Part shown: in pieces, positions 29,533 through 40,765 of the stretch
Position numbering within the stretch: the first letter of the stretch is position 1
How the letters are laid out: the number at the start of each line of letters is the position of its first letter
Source of the DNA: Holosporales bacterium
GTDB lineage: Bacteria > Pseudomonadota > Alphaproteobacteria > JAJTHO01
Length of the DNA: 64,000 bases
Direction: 5' to 3'
NCBI GenBank assembly: GCA_046318675.1
Contig: JBKCUA010000014.1
Span: forward strand, 26,466 to 90,465
The notes under the pieces: model-generated
Databases searched by the model: none
What the model was told of the DNA's origin: nothing
Seen by the model: the letters and a program-made list of their open reading frames with translations, nothing else
Made by a program: the position numbers and the translations under genes

Positions 29533-30927
29533 ATGCCCATGCGTGGTGATGACCTCTTTGATACCGACAAGCCGCTTACCTTTGGGGTAACGGAAGAGTC
29601 ATTAAAACAACTGTACGACGCGCTGGAACGCAATGACAAAATATTAGTCGGGGAAATTTTTTCCGATCTTCACCCCGCCGATGCTGCGGACATTGTCCAA
29701 GGGCTTGATGCACAGGAGCAGGCTGCCTTGCTCAAGCTGCTGCCGGCGGCATTGCTGCCCGGCCTTTTGTCCTACCTGCCGGAGCCAACCCGGGATATTC
29801 TTCTGGCGGATTTGGGGGTGGATGCACTGGCAGCGGTGGTGGGGGAGCTGGACACCGATGATGCGGTGGATTTGCTCTTTGGTCTGCCGGAAGATTTGCG
29901 ATCCAGCGTATTGGACGCCGTGCCGGATTCCGATCGCCTGCAACTGCTCGAATCACTGAAATACCCGGAAGATTCCGCCGGACGGTTGATGCAGCGAGAC
30001 CTGGTAGCAGTGCCAGCGCATTGGACCGTGGGGCATACGGTGGATTTCATGCGGGCAAGTCAAGCTCTTCCCGATGATTTTCATGAGATTTATGTGGTTG
30101 ACCCTCGCTTTGTGCCTATTGGCCACGTTGCCCTCAGCCGCCTGCTGCGCAGCCAGCGCAACACCCCATTATCAGACATCATGATGGAGGATTTCCGCAC
30201 CACCTCTGTGCTGACAGAACAGGAGGAAGTGGGGCATCTGTTCCGCAAATACGGCCTTGTCTCCCTACCCGTTACCGATCGATCCGGGCGTCTGGTGGGG
30301 GTGGTGACGGTGGATGATGTGGTGAGCTTGATTGCCGAGGAAGCCGATGAGGGTTTGTTGCGCCTGTCAGGGGTGAGCGATCCGGTGGATTTTTACCGCG
30401 CCGCCGCAACAACAGCCAAGGGGCGGTTTTTCTGGCTGTTTGTCAATTTGTTAACCGCGATGCTGGCCTCGGGGGTGATTGCCCAATTTGAGGGGGAGCT
30501 GCAAACCCTCGTCACCCTCGCCGTGTTGCTGCCTATTATTCCCAGCATGGGGGGAAACGCTGGCACCCAGACGCTGGCCGTGGTGGTGCGGGCACTTGCC
30601 CTGCGCCAGATTACCAAGCGCAATTTCTGGCGCGTGCTGCGCAAAGAGGTACTGGTGGCCTTTATTAACGGCTTTTTGTTTACCTTCGTGTGCTTTGCTG
30701 GGGTGGGGCTTTTTTATGGGGCTGCCATGTGGAAGATGGCTCTGGTTACGGCGTTGGCCCTAGCGATTAATTTGATTGCAGCGGCCTTGGGCGGGGTGCT
30801 TATTCCCCTCGCCATGAAGCGTGCCAAAGTAGACCCGGCCATTACCGCGACAGTGTTCCTGACCACCGTCACCGACGTTGTCGGCTTTCTGTCATTTCTA
30901 GGCCTGGCGTCGCTTATTTTGCTTTAG
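29533..30927 (+). CDS. mgtE: Magnesium transporter MgtE
   Basis: LHPADAAD, YPEDSAGRLM, CBS pair, MGGNAGTQ, DPA...TTVTDVVG. Confidence 0.97.
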   Translation: MPMRGDDLFDTDKPLTFGVTEESLKQLYDALERNDKILVGEIFSDLHPADAADIVQGLDAQEQAALLKLLPAALLPGLLSYLPEPTRDILLADLGVDALAAVVGELDTDDAVDLLFGLPEDLRSSVLDAVPDSDRLQLLESLKYPEDSAGRLMQRDLVAVPAHWTVGHTVDFMRASQALPDDFHEIYVVDPRFVPIGHVALSRLLRSQRNTPLSDIMMEDFRTTSVLTEQEEVGHLFRKYGLVSLPVTDRSGRLVGVVTVDDVVSLIAEEADEGLLRLSGVSDPVDFYRAAATTAKGRFFWLFVNLLTAMLASGVIAQFEGELQTLVTLAVLLPIIPSMGGNAGTQTLAVVVRALALRQITKRNFWRVLRKEVLVAFINGFLFTFVCFAGVGLFYGAAMWKMALVTALALAINLIAAALGGVLIPLAMKRAKVDPAITATVFLTTVTDVVGFLSFLGLASLILL

Positions 30928-30939
30928 CGTAAAAACAAA

Positions 30940-30984
30940 TTGCATTGTCGTTAAAAAAGCATTAATGTGATGTAAATCACATTT
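30940..30984 (+). promoter_or_regulatory. Promoter with overlapping CtrA-type and CRP/FNR-family boxes
   Basis: TTGCAT-17-TAATGT; GTTAA-AAAAGCA-TTAA (30950-65); TAATGTGATGTAAATCACATTT matches 19/22 of the CRP consensus AAATGTGATCTAGATCACATTT. Confidence 0.6.
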
Positions 30985-31002
30985 GCGCCATGCAGCGCGA
31001 GG

Positions 31003-33546
31003 ATGGGGCGTATGACGGTTACATTGGATAACAGCAGCAAGGTTAGTGGCTCTTTCGATGCTACTTTGTACACATCAACAGATTCAACGTATGTCTTGGA
31101 ATGGAATGGTAAATATTACCGCGTTGGCTCGGCGGGATCGTTAACTATTATAGATGATCCTGATAAAAGTAATTTAACAAAATCACCTAATTTTTCGAAC
31201 AGACTTGAGGTATATCAACAAAATAGTATGGTTTATTTTGTTGATCGTGAACAAATTTACAAAATCGAGGTTACGACCACAACAAACAATGGAACTCTGA
31301 ATACTGAGTCCAGTATCGTTGTAGTTCCCAGTAATTTGTCCCCAACCAACACCAGCAGTCTTAGCGGCGGCAGCGTTGATCCTCGTACGGTAACAGCAGA
31401 TTTAAATGGTGCCACAGTAACTGTTTATACCCCAACAACGCCGGCATTGGGAACGCAGAACAATAACACTATTTATTTAGCCACTAATAACAAAATTATT
31501 TATAGCTACAATACCGGAGACGACAGTATCGCTTATATTGGGACAAGCTTGCCAGCGGGCGTTGCTGTCACACAGGCTTTTCCGGGAACATCGTTTCAGG
31601 TTATTAGCAATACCGATGGCCGTCGTTATCTTTATGCCAATGGGACAGTGTATGAACCTGATTTCCAGAATGGCAGTCTTGTACTGGTACCAAAAACAAC
31701 AACCAATGGAACAAACGGAACATTAGGTGGAATTAGTATCTTGAACACTATAGGCGGCGGTTTAGGTGGGTTAGGTGGTTTAAACAGCACTGATCTGGGA
31801 GATACATTAAATAATCCTGTTACAAAAATTTTAACCGCAGCGGAGGTGGCACCTACAGAACTTAATGATATTCAAGATTATTTTCAGCTATTTAGCAGTA
31901 TTATCCTTGGCGCAGATGGAATCAGGGGATTATTCCTAGGCGATAATGACAAAGTTAGGACTATACCCAATCCTACTACGATAGGTACAATTGGCAGCTC
32001 CGGCAGTGACTCACTGACCCCGCCATCGCCTACTACTACAGAGGCATCCACTGGCGGCACCACAACAACCAAAGTAGAACAAGGAACAGGAATAGTACTA
32101 GTATCCCCCGAAGAATATGAAAAAATCCAAGCATCTAAGGGATCAAATGGTGCAAGCAGCACCCCCAGTATTGACCAAAACCTCACAGGGGCACCAGACC
32201 CAGTAGCCACAGCAACGCAAAAATCATCATCTCAAAAAACAAAAGATACCCCTGATGATAAGCCGTCTGCCACCAGCAATAAAGAACCAAAAAAGCAAAC
32301 CATCGCATCCGCGCCCGTAGAATCAACGCCGAAAGAAAAATCACAATCCATACCTACTAACCCCTCAACAAACAAAAAACCAGAACAGAGCAGCGATGGT
32401 GGTAATGGCACAGAAACCAATGTAAACAAAAATAAAAAAGGAATAGTCGATAAAGGAACGCTTGTTTTAGATATGAAAGATCGTGAAAACCCGCTCGAGG
32501 TGCATTTTACTCTTGATGGGAAAAAACTAATAGCCAACAAGTTTACAATCGAAAAAGGCAATATCGTTATTGATGCCGGAACAAAAGTCACCATTCCGCT
32601 TACCAAGCTTTCCATGGTTAACCTTGCCGCTCTTGGCGACAAATTGGAAGATAAATATATTGTTAAGCAAGGAGATCAACATTTCACCCTGACAAAACCA
32701 ACAAATGCCTTCAGTTCCTACAAACTGACCGCTACTGAATCAACACCGAAGCTTGTGGCCAACGAAAAAAGATTTGACATCGATGGAGATGGTAAAGCTG
32801 AAAATACCGATCCGATAAACTTGAAGTGGGCGATGAACCAAACCAGCACGGGCGGCGGGGGTACAGTAACCCCCAAGACCGAAAATCCTAAAAAAGAACA
32901 AAATCAAATAACCTCTATATACCGAGGCGGCACCAGCACGGGCGGCGGGGGTCATAATAAAAACGAAACATCTGCTACAGTAAACCCCAATACCAAAAAT
33001 CCTAAAAAAGAACAAAATCAAATAACTTCCATACACACAGGTTCTGTCCCAAACGGAAAGTATCACTGGGCATATATAGGGAATAAACTTAATTTAGTGT
33101 CTCCTGCAGGCAACCCTGTTGATTATTTAGTTGAAGGTGGGAAAATTTACGTCAGCGGCAAAGACAATCAGAGCAAACCTGTAGCTATAGAACTTACATC
33201 TTCAAATTATGATTGGAACATTCCTACGGGTGTACCCAAAGAGATACAACTAGCCGGTGGCGACAAAATAACATTAGATGACTGGAAAGTAGACACTGAA
33301 GAACTTAAAAAAAATGGTAAAAATTCAGGCGAGTTTGACGGCGATGCACGCCCAAGTTATACAGGCGTTCCCACCGGTATCACACAGAAGAACCTTCCCC
33401 CTGCTTCTGGTCCCATCACCGTTGCCTCCGCCGCCAATCTCACCAACGCCTTAGCTGGTAATCCCTTGGGAGGCAGCTCGGCTACTTCCCCATCCGGTGA
33501 ATCTTCCAACAGCGAAAATAGCCCTCAGCTTACTTCTATAACGTAA
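31003..33546 (+). CDS. Large Ser/Thr/Gly/Asn-rich hypothetical protein, probably secreted or surface-located
   Basis: 847 aa, AT-rich, no Cys, no Sec signal. Has FDIDGDG, an internal duplication and a C-terminal ASAANL motif shared with 51379..52209. Start may be 31012. Confidence 0.8.
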   Translation: MGRMTVTLDNSSKVSGSFDATLYTSTDSTYVLEWNGKYYRVGSAGSLTIIDDPDKSNLTKSPNFSNRLEVYQQNSMVYFVDREQIYKIEVTTTTNNGTLNTESSIVVVPSNLSPTNTSSLSGGSVDPRTVTADLNGATVTVYTPTTPALGTQNNNTIYLATNNKIIYSYNTGDDSIAYIGTSLPAGVAVTQAFPGTSFQVISNTDGRRYLYANGTVYEPDFQNGSLVLVPKTTTNGTNGTLGGISILNTIGGGLGGLGGLNSTDLGDTLNNPVTKILTAAEVAPTELNDIQDYFQLFSSIILGADGIRGLFLGDNDKVRTIPNPTTIGTIGSSGSDSLTPPSPTTTEASTGGTTTTKVEQGTGIVLVSPEEYEKIQASKGSNGASSTPSIDQNLTGAPDPVATATQKSSSQKTKDTPDDKPSATSNKEPKKQTIASAPVESTPKEKSQSIPTNPSTNKKPEQSSDGGNGTETNVNKNKKGIVDKGTLVLDMKDRENPLEVHFTLDGKKLIANKFTIEKGNIVIDAGTKVTIPLTKLSMVNLAALGDKLEDKYIVKQGDQHFTLTKPTNAFSSYKLTATESTPKLVANEKRFDIDGDGKAENTDPINLKWAMNQTSTGGGGTVTPKTENPKKEQNQITSIYRGGTSTGGGGHNKNETSATVNPNTKNPKKEQNQITSIHTGSVPNGKYHWAYIGNKLNLVSPAGNPVDYLVEGGKIYVSGKDNQSKPVAIELTSSNYDWNIPTGVPKEIQLAGGDKITLDDWKVDTEELKKNGKNSGEFDGDARPSYTGVPTGITQKNLPPASGPITVASAANLTNALAGNPLGGSSATSPSGESSNSENSPQLTSIT
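32842..33034 (+). repeat. Internal in-frame duplication (TSTGGGG...NPKKEQNQITSI, twice)
   Basis: ACCAGCACGGGCGGCGGGGGT and AAAATCCTAAAAAAGAACAAAATCAAATAAC each occur twice. Confidence 0.9.
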
Positions 33547-33585
33547 ACCTCGCCATCATCCCCATATAATGCTACATCCCTTGTT

Positions 33586-34692
33586 ATGCAGCTTGGCGCG
33601 TCTATTGTCCTCAAATTCGGCTCGAACCTTGTTGTCCGTAAGGATGGCGGGGATGGGGCATGGCTGGACAGTGTCGCGGCGGGGATTGCCGCGCTGAAGG
33701 GGCAGGGCAGGACTGTCACCGTGGTGACCTCCGGGGCGGTGGCGTTGGGGCGAAAGGCTCTCAAGCTTGGCACGAAAGCCCTGAGTTTAGAGGAAAAACA
33801 AGCGGCCTCCGCCGCCGGGCAGATTGTTCTCGCCCAACGCTGGCAGGCCGCCCTGGCAGGTCACGGCTTAGCGGCAGCGCAGGTGCTGCTCACCGCCGAG
33901 GATACCGAGGATCGCCGCCGCCACCTCAACGCCCGGCGGACACTGGAAACCCTCCACGACCTCGGCGCAATTCCCATTATTAATGAGAATGATACCATCG
34001 CCACGGCAGAAATCCGCGTTGGCGATAATGATCGCTTGGCGGCGCGGGTGGCGCAAATGCTCAGCACCGAAACCCTGATCCTGTTCAGCGATATTGATGG
34101 CCTGTACACTGACAACCCGCGTCATAACCCCGACGCACAACACCTTGCCGTTGTTGATAAAATAACCCCCACCATTGAGGCAATGGCACGAGGTGCTATC
34201 ACCCTTACCAGCACCGGGGGCATGATAACCAAAATCCAGGCCGCCCGCATTGCCACCGCCGCCGGGTGCACCCTCATCATCGCCAATGGCACAGGCTTGC
34301 ACCCGCTTGAAACCCTGATGAACGGGGGGCGGCACACCCGTTTTGAACCAACCACCACGCCATTATCGGCGCGTAAACGCTGGATTGCCGGGATGTTGCA
34401 ACTGGCTGGCACCCTCAATATTGATGCCGGGGCGGCCAAAGCTCTTCATGAAGGGAAAAGCCTGCTTCCCGCCGGGATAACCGGGGTTGACGGCACTTTT
34501 GAACGGGGTGATGCCGTGGGAATTATGGTGGGCAATGGCACACTGCTGGCCAAAGGCCTGTGCGCCTACGATAGCGATGAGCTCAACATCCTCAAAGGCC
34601 GACAGACTCGTGACATTGCCGCCGTCTTAGGGTACAATGGCCGTGCCGAGGTAGTGCACCGCAACGATTATGTTTTGTTAGAACGCCCGTGA
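33586..34692 (+). CDS. proB: Glutamate 5-kinase
   Basis: VLKFGS, VTSGAVALG, INEND, GDNDRL, GGMITK, PUA domain. Confidence 0.97.
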   Translation: MQLGASIVLKFGSNLVVRKDGGDGAWLDSVAAGIAALKGQGRTVTVVTSGAVALGRKALKLGTKALSLEEKQAASAAGQIVLAQRWQAALAGHGLAAAQVLLTAEDTEDRRRHLNARRTLETLHDLGAIPIINENDTIATAEIRVGDNDRLAARVAQMLSTETLILFSDIDGLYTDNPRHNPDAQHLAVVDKITPTIEAMARGAITLTSTGGMITKIQAARIATAAGCTLIIANGTGLHPLETLMNGGRHTRFEPTTTPLSARKRWIAGMLQLAGTLNIDAGAAKALHEGKSLLPAGITGVDGTFERGDAVGIMVGNGTLLAKGLCAYDSDELNILKGRQTRDIAAVLGYNGRAEVVHRNDYVLLERP

Positions 34693-35963
34693 CCCATGAT
34701 ATAGATGCCCTTGCTGTCGAGGCAACCGTGGCCAGCCTTACCAAGGCAGCCAAACAGGCTGCGCGCCAACTGTACGCCAGCTCCCATGACCAACGTCAGG
34801 CCTTCCTAACCCATCTTGCCGACATTCTGCGCGCCGATGCCGAGGGTATTCTTGCGGCCAACGTCAACGATATGGACGCGGGCAAAGCCAAGGGGATGAG
34901 CCCGGCACTTCTTGACCGGCTTTTTCTTGATCGCAAACGGCTGAACGCCATCGCCGACAGCCTTTCTGATATTGGCCTGCAAGCCGATCCCATAGGGGGC
35001 ATTGTTGAGGAATGGTGCCGTCCCAATGGCCTTTCGTTTCAAGCCGTGCGGGTTCCCATTGGTGTTATTGGGATCATTTATGAAGCCAGACCCAACGTCA
35101 CCATTGATGCGGCGGCATTGTGCATCAAGTCTGGCAACGCCGCCGTCCTGCGCCCAGGATCGGAAAGTCTAGGCACGGCACTGGCCTTACATAAATCTAT
35201 CCGCAAGGCATTGCTGGCCGCTGGCCTACCAGAACAGGCGGTGCAATGCCTAGGCACCGCCGATCGTGCCGCCGTGGGGGCATTGCTGCGCCAAGACAGC
35301 ACCGTTGACATGATTATTCCACGGGGCGGGCGCAGCCTCATTGAGCGGATCAAAAGCGACAGCCGGATTCCCGTTCTCAGCCACCTGGACGGCCTGTGCC
35401 ACACCTACATTGACAAAGCCGCCGATCCCGTCAAAGCCTTGGGCGTTGTTCTTAATGCAAAAATGCGTCGCACGGGCATTTGCGGTGCCACGGAAACACT
35501 CCTTGTTCATAAAGACTCCTTAAAGATTCTGCTCCCCATTCTCAAAGCCTTGCACCAAAACCACTGTGAACTACGCGGTGACGACCGGGTACGAGAGCTC
35601 GATCCCACGGTTGGGATTGCTATTGAGGAAGATTGGCATACGGAATACCTTGCACCTATTTTGTCGATTAAAACAGTTGATAGCCTTGATGAGGCCATTA
35701 CGCATATCAATCACTACGGCTCGCATCACACCGATGCGATTATCACTGAAGACACTGGTGCTGCAGAAAAATTCCTCTCCCATGTAGACAGTGGCATCGT
35801 CATGGTCAACACCTCCACCCAATTTGCCGACGGGGGAGAATTTGGCTTTGGTGCCGAAATTGGTATTGCTACCGGAAAGCTCCACGCCCGCGGGCCTGTC
35901 GGTGCTAAGCATTTGACTACTATACAGTATCGCGTGCGAAGTGAGGGAGCCTGCCGCATCTGA
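34689..35963 (+). CDS. proA: Gamma-glutamyl phosphate reductase
   Basis: IYEARPNVT, ICGATETLL, FADGGEFGFGAEIGIATGKLHARGP. Confidence 0.98.
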   Translation: MTHDIDALAVEATVASLTKAAKQAARQLYASSHDQRQAFLTHLADILRADAEGILAANVNDMDAGKAKGMSPALLDRLFLDRKRLNAIADSLSDIGLQADPIGGIVEEWCRPNGLSFQAVRVPIGVIGIIYEARPNVTIDAAALCIKSGNAAVLRPGSESLGTALALHKSIRKALLAAGLPEQAVQCLGTADRAAVGALLRQDSTVDMIIPRGGRSLIERIKSDSRIPVLSHLDGLCHTYIDKAADPVKALGVVLNAKMRRTGICGATETLLVHKDSLKILLPILKALHQNHCELRGDDRVRELDPTVGIAIEEDWHTEYLAPILSIKTVDSLDEAITHINHYGSHHTDAIITEDTGAAEKFLSHVDSGIVMVNTSTQFADGGEFGFGAEIGIATGKLHARGPVGAKHLTTIQYRVRSEGACRI

Positions 35964-36062
35964 TAAAGCTTTGTTTACTTTTGAATGATTATATGAATAT
36001 AGAAAGGTCTCCTGTGTCCATAATTCAATATAATATTTTTATTATGTTCTGGTAACAGATTC

Positions 36063-37466
36063 ATGTCTGCGCGCATTCTTATTGTTGATGATATTCCGGC
36101 GAACCTTAAACTATTAGAGGCCAAATTAAGCTCAGAGTATTACCAAGTTATCATTGCACATAACGGGATAGAAGCAATTGAAAAATCAAAAAAAGAATCC
36201 CCAGATATTATCTTGCTGGATGTCATGATGCCTGGCATGGACGGATTTGAAACCTGTCGCCGCCTTAAGGCACAACCTGAAACCATGCACATTCCGATTG
36301 TCATGGTCACCGCGCTTTCTGATACTACCGATCGCGTGCGCGGCCTTGAAGCAGGGGCTGACGAATTCATCACCAAACCCGTCCGAGATTTGCCCTTATT
36401 TGCGCGAGTACGCTCCCTCGTGCGCTTGAAAACCCTCATGGATGCCTACCATGTTCGGGAGGATACTACTGTTGGCCTCGGTGCCCTGCGCCAAATAACG
36501 GAAGAACGCGAGCGTCCCAAGGGAACCATTGCAATACTCGCCGATGAGTCAATGACGGCAATAACACTAAAAAGAATTTTAGAAAAAGATGGGCATTCCA
36601 TCGTCGTGTTTGATTTTCTTGAAGAAGCTTTGAGTGCTATTCCAGACGGCAATTTTGATGTTGTGATCACCCCCCTACGTATGCGTGGTGATGATGCCCT
36701 GCGCGCCTGCGTGCAGTTACGCAACCAAGAAAAAACGCGACATCTACCTATTTTAATGATGGCAGAAGAAGATGATGAGCAAACTCTCATCAAAGCTTTG
36801 GAGCTTGGTATTAATGATTACATCATGCGTCCTATTGACGCCCAGGAATTACGTGCCCGCGTAATAACACAAATTCGCCGCCTGCGCTATCAAGAGCGTC
36901 TGCGCAAAACATATCAATCCTCTATTAATCTTGCCCTGACGGATGAACTTACCCAACTGTATAATCGTCGCTATTTTAATGCTCACATTGACAATATCTT
37001 GAGTACTGCCGATCGAGAGCATCGCTCCACCACATTACTCTTTGTTGACATCGATCATTTTAAGAAAATCAATGATGTTTATGGCCATGATGCAGGGGAT
37101 AAGGTATTAATCGATCTTTCAAACAAATTAAAACATTATGTACGAGACGCGGACTTCCTAGCGCGTTTAGGCGGGGAAGAATTCGCCGTTATCTTACATG
37201 ACACCAAAACGGGAATAGCCCTACAAGTCGCCGAACGTCTCCGCCGAGCCGTCGAAAGTGCGCCCTTCATTCTACCCTCTGGTGAAGAAATAAAAATAAC
37301 CATCAGTGTCGGCGTGGCCTGTACAAGAGATATTAAGGGTATTAATAAAACAACCCTTCTCAAAGTTGCGGATCAGGCGCTGTACAAAGCCAAACGCAGT
37401 GGCCGGAACCGGGTAGTGGTGGGAAGTTTTGATCCGCCAGCACCACCGGCTCTTACAAACCCTTAG
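36063..37466 (+). CDS. pleD: Response regulator / diguanylate cyclase PleD
   Basis: [10 protein letters not shown], two receiver domains, I-site RDAD, GGEEF. Confidence 0.96.
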   Translation: MSARILIVDDIPANLKLLEAKLSSEYYQVIIAHNGIEAIEKSKKESPDIILLDVMMPGMDGFETCRRLKAQPETMHIPIVMVTALSDTTDRVRGLEAGADEFITKPVRDLPLFARVRSLVRLKTLMDAYHVREDTTVGLGALRQITEERERPKGTIAILADESMTAITLKRILEKDGHSIVVFDFLEEALSAIPDGNFDVVITPLRMRGDDALRACVQLRNQEKTRHLPILMMAEEDDEQTLIKALELGINDYIMRPIDAQELRARVITQIRRLRYQERLRKTYQSSINLALTDELTQLYNRRYFNAHIDNILSTADREHRSTTLLFVDIDHFKKINDVYGHDAGDKVLIDLSNKLKHYVRDADFLARLGGEEFAVILHDTKTGIALQVAERLRRAVESAPFILPSGEEIKITISVGVACTRDIKGINKTTLLKVADQALYKAKRSGRNRVVVGSFDPPAPPALTNP

Positions 37467-38638
37467 GCTGCTTTCTTGCCCTGTACCGCAGCAACAATTT
37501 TTTTCGCCCCGTCGGCAAGATTATCGCCGCTAATGATAGGAAGACCGGACTCCGCAAGAATCTTCTTCCCTAAATCAACATTAGTTCCCTCTAGGCGTAC
37601 AACAAGGGGAACGTGGAGTTTAACCTCTTTCGCGGCAGCAATAATCCCCTCGGCAATAATATCACAACGCATGATGCCACCAAAAATATTGACAAAAATC
37701 CCCTGAACATTCTTATCGCCCAGGATAATTTTAAACGCCGCCGTGACCCGCTCTTTCGTCGCACCGCCGCCCACATCAAGGAAGTTCGCCGGAGCACCGC
37801 CATAAAGCTTAATGATATCCATCGTCGCCATGGCCAGCCCGGCACCATTAACCATACAGCCTATATTACCGGAAAGTTTAACGTAGTTCAGGCTGTGCTT
37901 CACCGCCTCAAGCTCAGAAGCCTCCTCTTCGGTTTCATCGCGCAACGCCTCAATATCCGGGTGACGGAACAAAGCATTGTCATCAAAACCAACCTTAGCA
38001 TCTAAGGCAATCAAACTGCCGTCGCCCGTCACCACCAAGGGATTAACCTCCAGCAGTGCCATGTCCGTTTCCACAAACGCCCGGTACAGGTTTACTAAAA
38101 TTTTGCCCGCTTCACCTGCTGTTTTACCCGTTAGGCCATAGGCCTTAGCCAGCTTCCGGCCGTGAAACGGCTGTACCCCGGTGACAGGATCAATGGCAAA
38201 GGAAACAATCTTTTCCGGTGTATGTTCGGCGACTTCTTCGATATCCATGCCGCCCTCGGTAGAGGCAACGATATTGATGCGGCTATTACTACGATCGACC
38301 AAGAGACTTAAATACAATTCACGCTTAATATCAGCGCCTTCTTCAATATACACCCGCTGAACTTTTTTCCCTTCCGGGCCAGTTTGGTGCGTCACCAACT
38401 GCATTCCAAAAATCTGGTTAAATTTCTCCACAGCTTCGGCTTTTGTTTTGACGACTTTAACACCGCCGCCTTTGCCCCGGCCACCAGCATGAATCTGAGC
38501 TTTCACCACAAAAACAGGGGTATTAAGCTGTTCCGCCGCCTTTTTAGCATCATCCGCCGTGTAAGCCACAAACCCCCTTGGCACGGGGATGCCAAACTTA
38601 CGGAAAATTTCTTTAGCTTGATGCTCGTGGATGTTCAT
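37463..38638 (-). CDS. sucC: Succinyl-CoA synthetase beta subunit
   Basis: [41 protein letters not shown]. Confidence 0.98.
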   Translation of the reverse strand: MNIHEHQAKEIFRKFGIPVPRGFVAYTADDAKKAAEQLNTPVFVVKAQIHAGGRGKGGGVKVVKTKAEAVEKFNQIFGMQLVTHQTGPEGKKVQRVYIEEGADIKRELYLSLLVDRSNSRINIVASTEGGMDIEEVAEHTPEKIVSFAIDPVTGVQPFHGRKLAKAYGLTGKTAGEAGKILVNLYRAFVETDMALLEVNPLVVTGDGSLIALDAKVGFDDNALFRHPDIEALRDETEEEASELEAVKHSLNYVKLSGNIGCMVNGAGLAMATMDIIKLYGGAPANFLDVGGGATKERVTAAFKIILGDKNVQGIFVNIFGGIMRCDIIAEGIIAAAKEVKLHVPLVVRLEGTNVDLGKKILAESGLPIISGDNLADGAKKIVAAVQGKKAA

Positions 38639-38691
38639 GCATTAGGTTCCTTATAAAGTTACATGAGTCATAGCGAAGCCAAAAGCCCCTG

Positions 38692-39987
38692 TCACCTGCT
38701 TTTCAACATCGCCGCCGCCGCCTCACGCCCATCCCGAATGGCCCACACCACAAGGGATGCACCCCGCACCACATCCCCGGCGGCATACACACCAGGCAGG
38801 GATGTTTCAAACCGCTTATCCACCTTAATGGTTCCAGCTTGGGTCAGCTCCAACCCAGAAAAAGTAAGGTCTTCCGGCACAAAACCCAACGCCAAAATGA
38901 CTAAATCCGCGGCGAGGGAACCTTTATCTGTCTGTACTACTTCCACCCGATCCGTACCGGTAAACTCCACCGGTTGGGTATTCCAGACAAAGGTAACGCC
39001 TTCTTCTTCGGCATGATAAACCTCCCGGGCTGAACCCGGCATAGAAGCGCGATCCCGACGATACACGCACGTTACCGACGTTGCGCCCTGACGTATCGCT
39101 GTACGCACGCAATCCATCGCTGTATCTCCGCCACCAATTACCACCACGCGCTTACCAGCAGCGTGCAGTTCTCCAACCTCACCGCGGTTATTGGCAATAA
39201 GATAGGGCAGAGCGGCCAGCACACCGGGCAAATGCTGCCCCGGCGCAGCAAGCGCGCGCGGCTGGTACACCCCACCGGCCAACAATACCACATCATGACG
39301 CTGGCGCAACTGGGCTAGACCTTCACCATCAATAGACCGGTTCAAGGAAAATTCTATCCCCCCATCGGCCAGCCAATCCGTCCGCCGCCGCACCACGGCC
39401 TTGTCCAGCTTGAAATTGGGAATGCCATAAAGCAGCAACCCGCCGGGAGCATCGGCTCGTTCATACACTATTACCGATGCACCAGCACGGCGCAGCCATT
39501 CCGCCGCCGCCAACCCCGCCGGGCCAGAGCCGACAATTCCAACAGAAAAATCCAATGACCGCGCCGGGCGCAATGGCGCAACCCAGCCATTTTCCCATGC
39601 AGTATCGGTTATGTACCGCTCCACCGCGCCGATAGTGATGGCACCAAAATCTTTTTCCACCACGCAATTGCCTTCGCAAAGCCTGTCTTGCGGGCAAATA
39701 CGCCCGCAAATTTCGGGAAATGTATTGGTCGCAGCGGCAACTTGGTATGCTTCCTCCAGCCGCCCCCCGGCAGTCAGCATCAACCAATCCGGGATGTTGT
39801 TCCCCAACGGGCAATGAATCTGGCAAAAGGGGATGCCGCATTGGGAACAGCGCCCGGCTTGCTCCATCGCCCGTTGCGGCTTAAACTGCTCGTAAATTTC
39901 ACGAAAGTCCCCACGGCGAAGGATGGCCGGACGCTTTTCCGGAGCAACCGCCGGGCGGCGGGCAAATTGCAGAAGAGACTCGGCCAT
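38692..39987 (-). CDS. gltD: Glutamate synthase small-subunit-like oxidoreductase, without adjacent gltB
   Basis: RCSQCGIPFCQIHCP, GRICPQDRLCE, GSGPAG, GGGDTAMDC, GASLVVWAI. Confidence 0.9.
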   Translation of the reverse strand: MAESLLQFARRPAVAPEKRPAILRRGDFREIYEQFKPQRAMEQAGRCSQCGIPFCQIHCPLGNNIPDWLMLTAGGRLEEAYQVAAATNTFPEICGRICPQDRLCEGNCVVEKDFGAITIGAVERYITDTAWENGWVAPLRPARSLDFSVGIVGSGPAGLAAAEWLRRAGASVIVYERADAPGGLLLYGIPNFKLDKAVVRRRTDWLADGGIEFSLNRSIDGEGLAQLRQRHDVVLLAGGVYQPRALAAPGQHLPGVLAALPYLIANNRGEVGELHAAGKRVVVIGGGDTAMDCVRTAIRQGATSVTCVYRRDRASMPGSAREVYHAEEEGVTFVWNTQPVEFTGTDRVEVVQTDKGSLAADLVILALGFVPEDLTFSGLELTQAGTIKVDKRFETSLPGVYAAGDVVRGASLVVWAIRDGREAAAAMLKSR

Positions 39988-40421
39988 TATTTTGATTTAT
40001 TGCTAGGCACCATCACCAAGGCATCCCCCTCAATGACCACAGTATCCCCCACCGTTGCGGTGGTTTTTAAAGTGGCACGACGCTTTTCCATATCAATACT
40101 GATAACCTCCACCTTCGCCGTTACGGTGTCGTTAATTTTTACAGGGGCTTTGAATTTCAAATTCTGGCCAAGATAAATCGTGCCGGGGCCAGGCAGGTGC
40201 ACACCAATAGCCGTAGAAATAAAGCTCGCCCCCAGCATTCCGTGAGCAATCCGTTCCTTGAAGATCGTTGTCTTGGCAAACTCGGCGTCCAGATGCACCG
40301 GGTTGTGATCGCCGCACACCTCGGCAAAGGTGCGGATTAAATCCTCTGTTACTTTTTTGGCGAACGTGGCGGTTTGACCAACGCTTAACTCTTCCAGAAA
40401 AAAACCTTTAGGGGCAGACAT
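39987..40421 (-). CDS. MaoC/PhaJ family (R)-enoyl-CoA hydratase
   Basis: GDHNPVHLD, IAHGML, LPGPGTIY. Confidence 0.92.
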   Translation of the reverse strand: MSAPKGFFLEELSVGQTATFAKKVTEDLIRTFAEVCGDHNPVHLDAEFAKTTIFKERIAHGMLGASFISTAIGVHLPGPGTIYLGQNLKFKAPVKINDTVTAKVEVISIDMEKRRATLKTTATVGDTVVIEGDALVMVPSNKSK

Positions 40422-40469
40422 AGAAAACTCCTGATAGCACAAAGCTATGGCAACAAAAAATTAAAAAAT

Positions 40470-40497
40470 AAAAAAGGGCACCTTGACGGTGCCCTTT
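40470..40497 (-). terminator. Rho-independent terminator
   Basis: AAAGGGCACC-TTGAC-GGTGCCCTTT with a minus-strand T run, downstream of the small secreted gene. Confidence 0.8.
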
Positions 40498-40533
40498 CAA
40501 AAACAGAACTTTTGTCATAAGACCTCAACTGTT

Positions 40534-40698
40534 TTATTGACCTTGAGCCGGAGCAGCATCAGCAGGCTTCTCATGTTTTTTATGCTTGGTTTTGCCGTGG
40601 TGCTCTTTTTTCTGGTGTTCATTAGCGAAAGCCTGACCAGCAACAACGGGAGAGGCAGCAAACGCGGCCAACAAAGCGACGAGCATCAATTTTTTCAT
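40534..40698 (-). CDS. Small secreted His/Lys-rich protein
   Basis: MKKLMLVALLAAFAASP signal peptide, AAGGA RBS, own terminator. Confidence 0.75.
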   Translation of the reverse strand: MKKLMLVALLAAFAASPVVAGQAFANEHQKKEHHGKTKHKKHEKPADAAPAQGQ

Positions 40699-40765
40699 AA
40701 ATAGGTATCCTTTCAAGGTTGGTTGTTTCCCCTATGACTGCAGTTAAACAGCCTGTAACACCATG

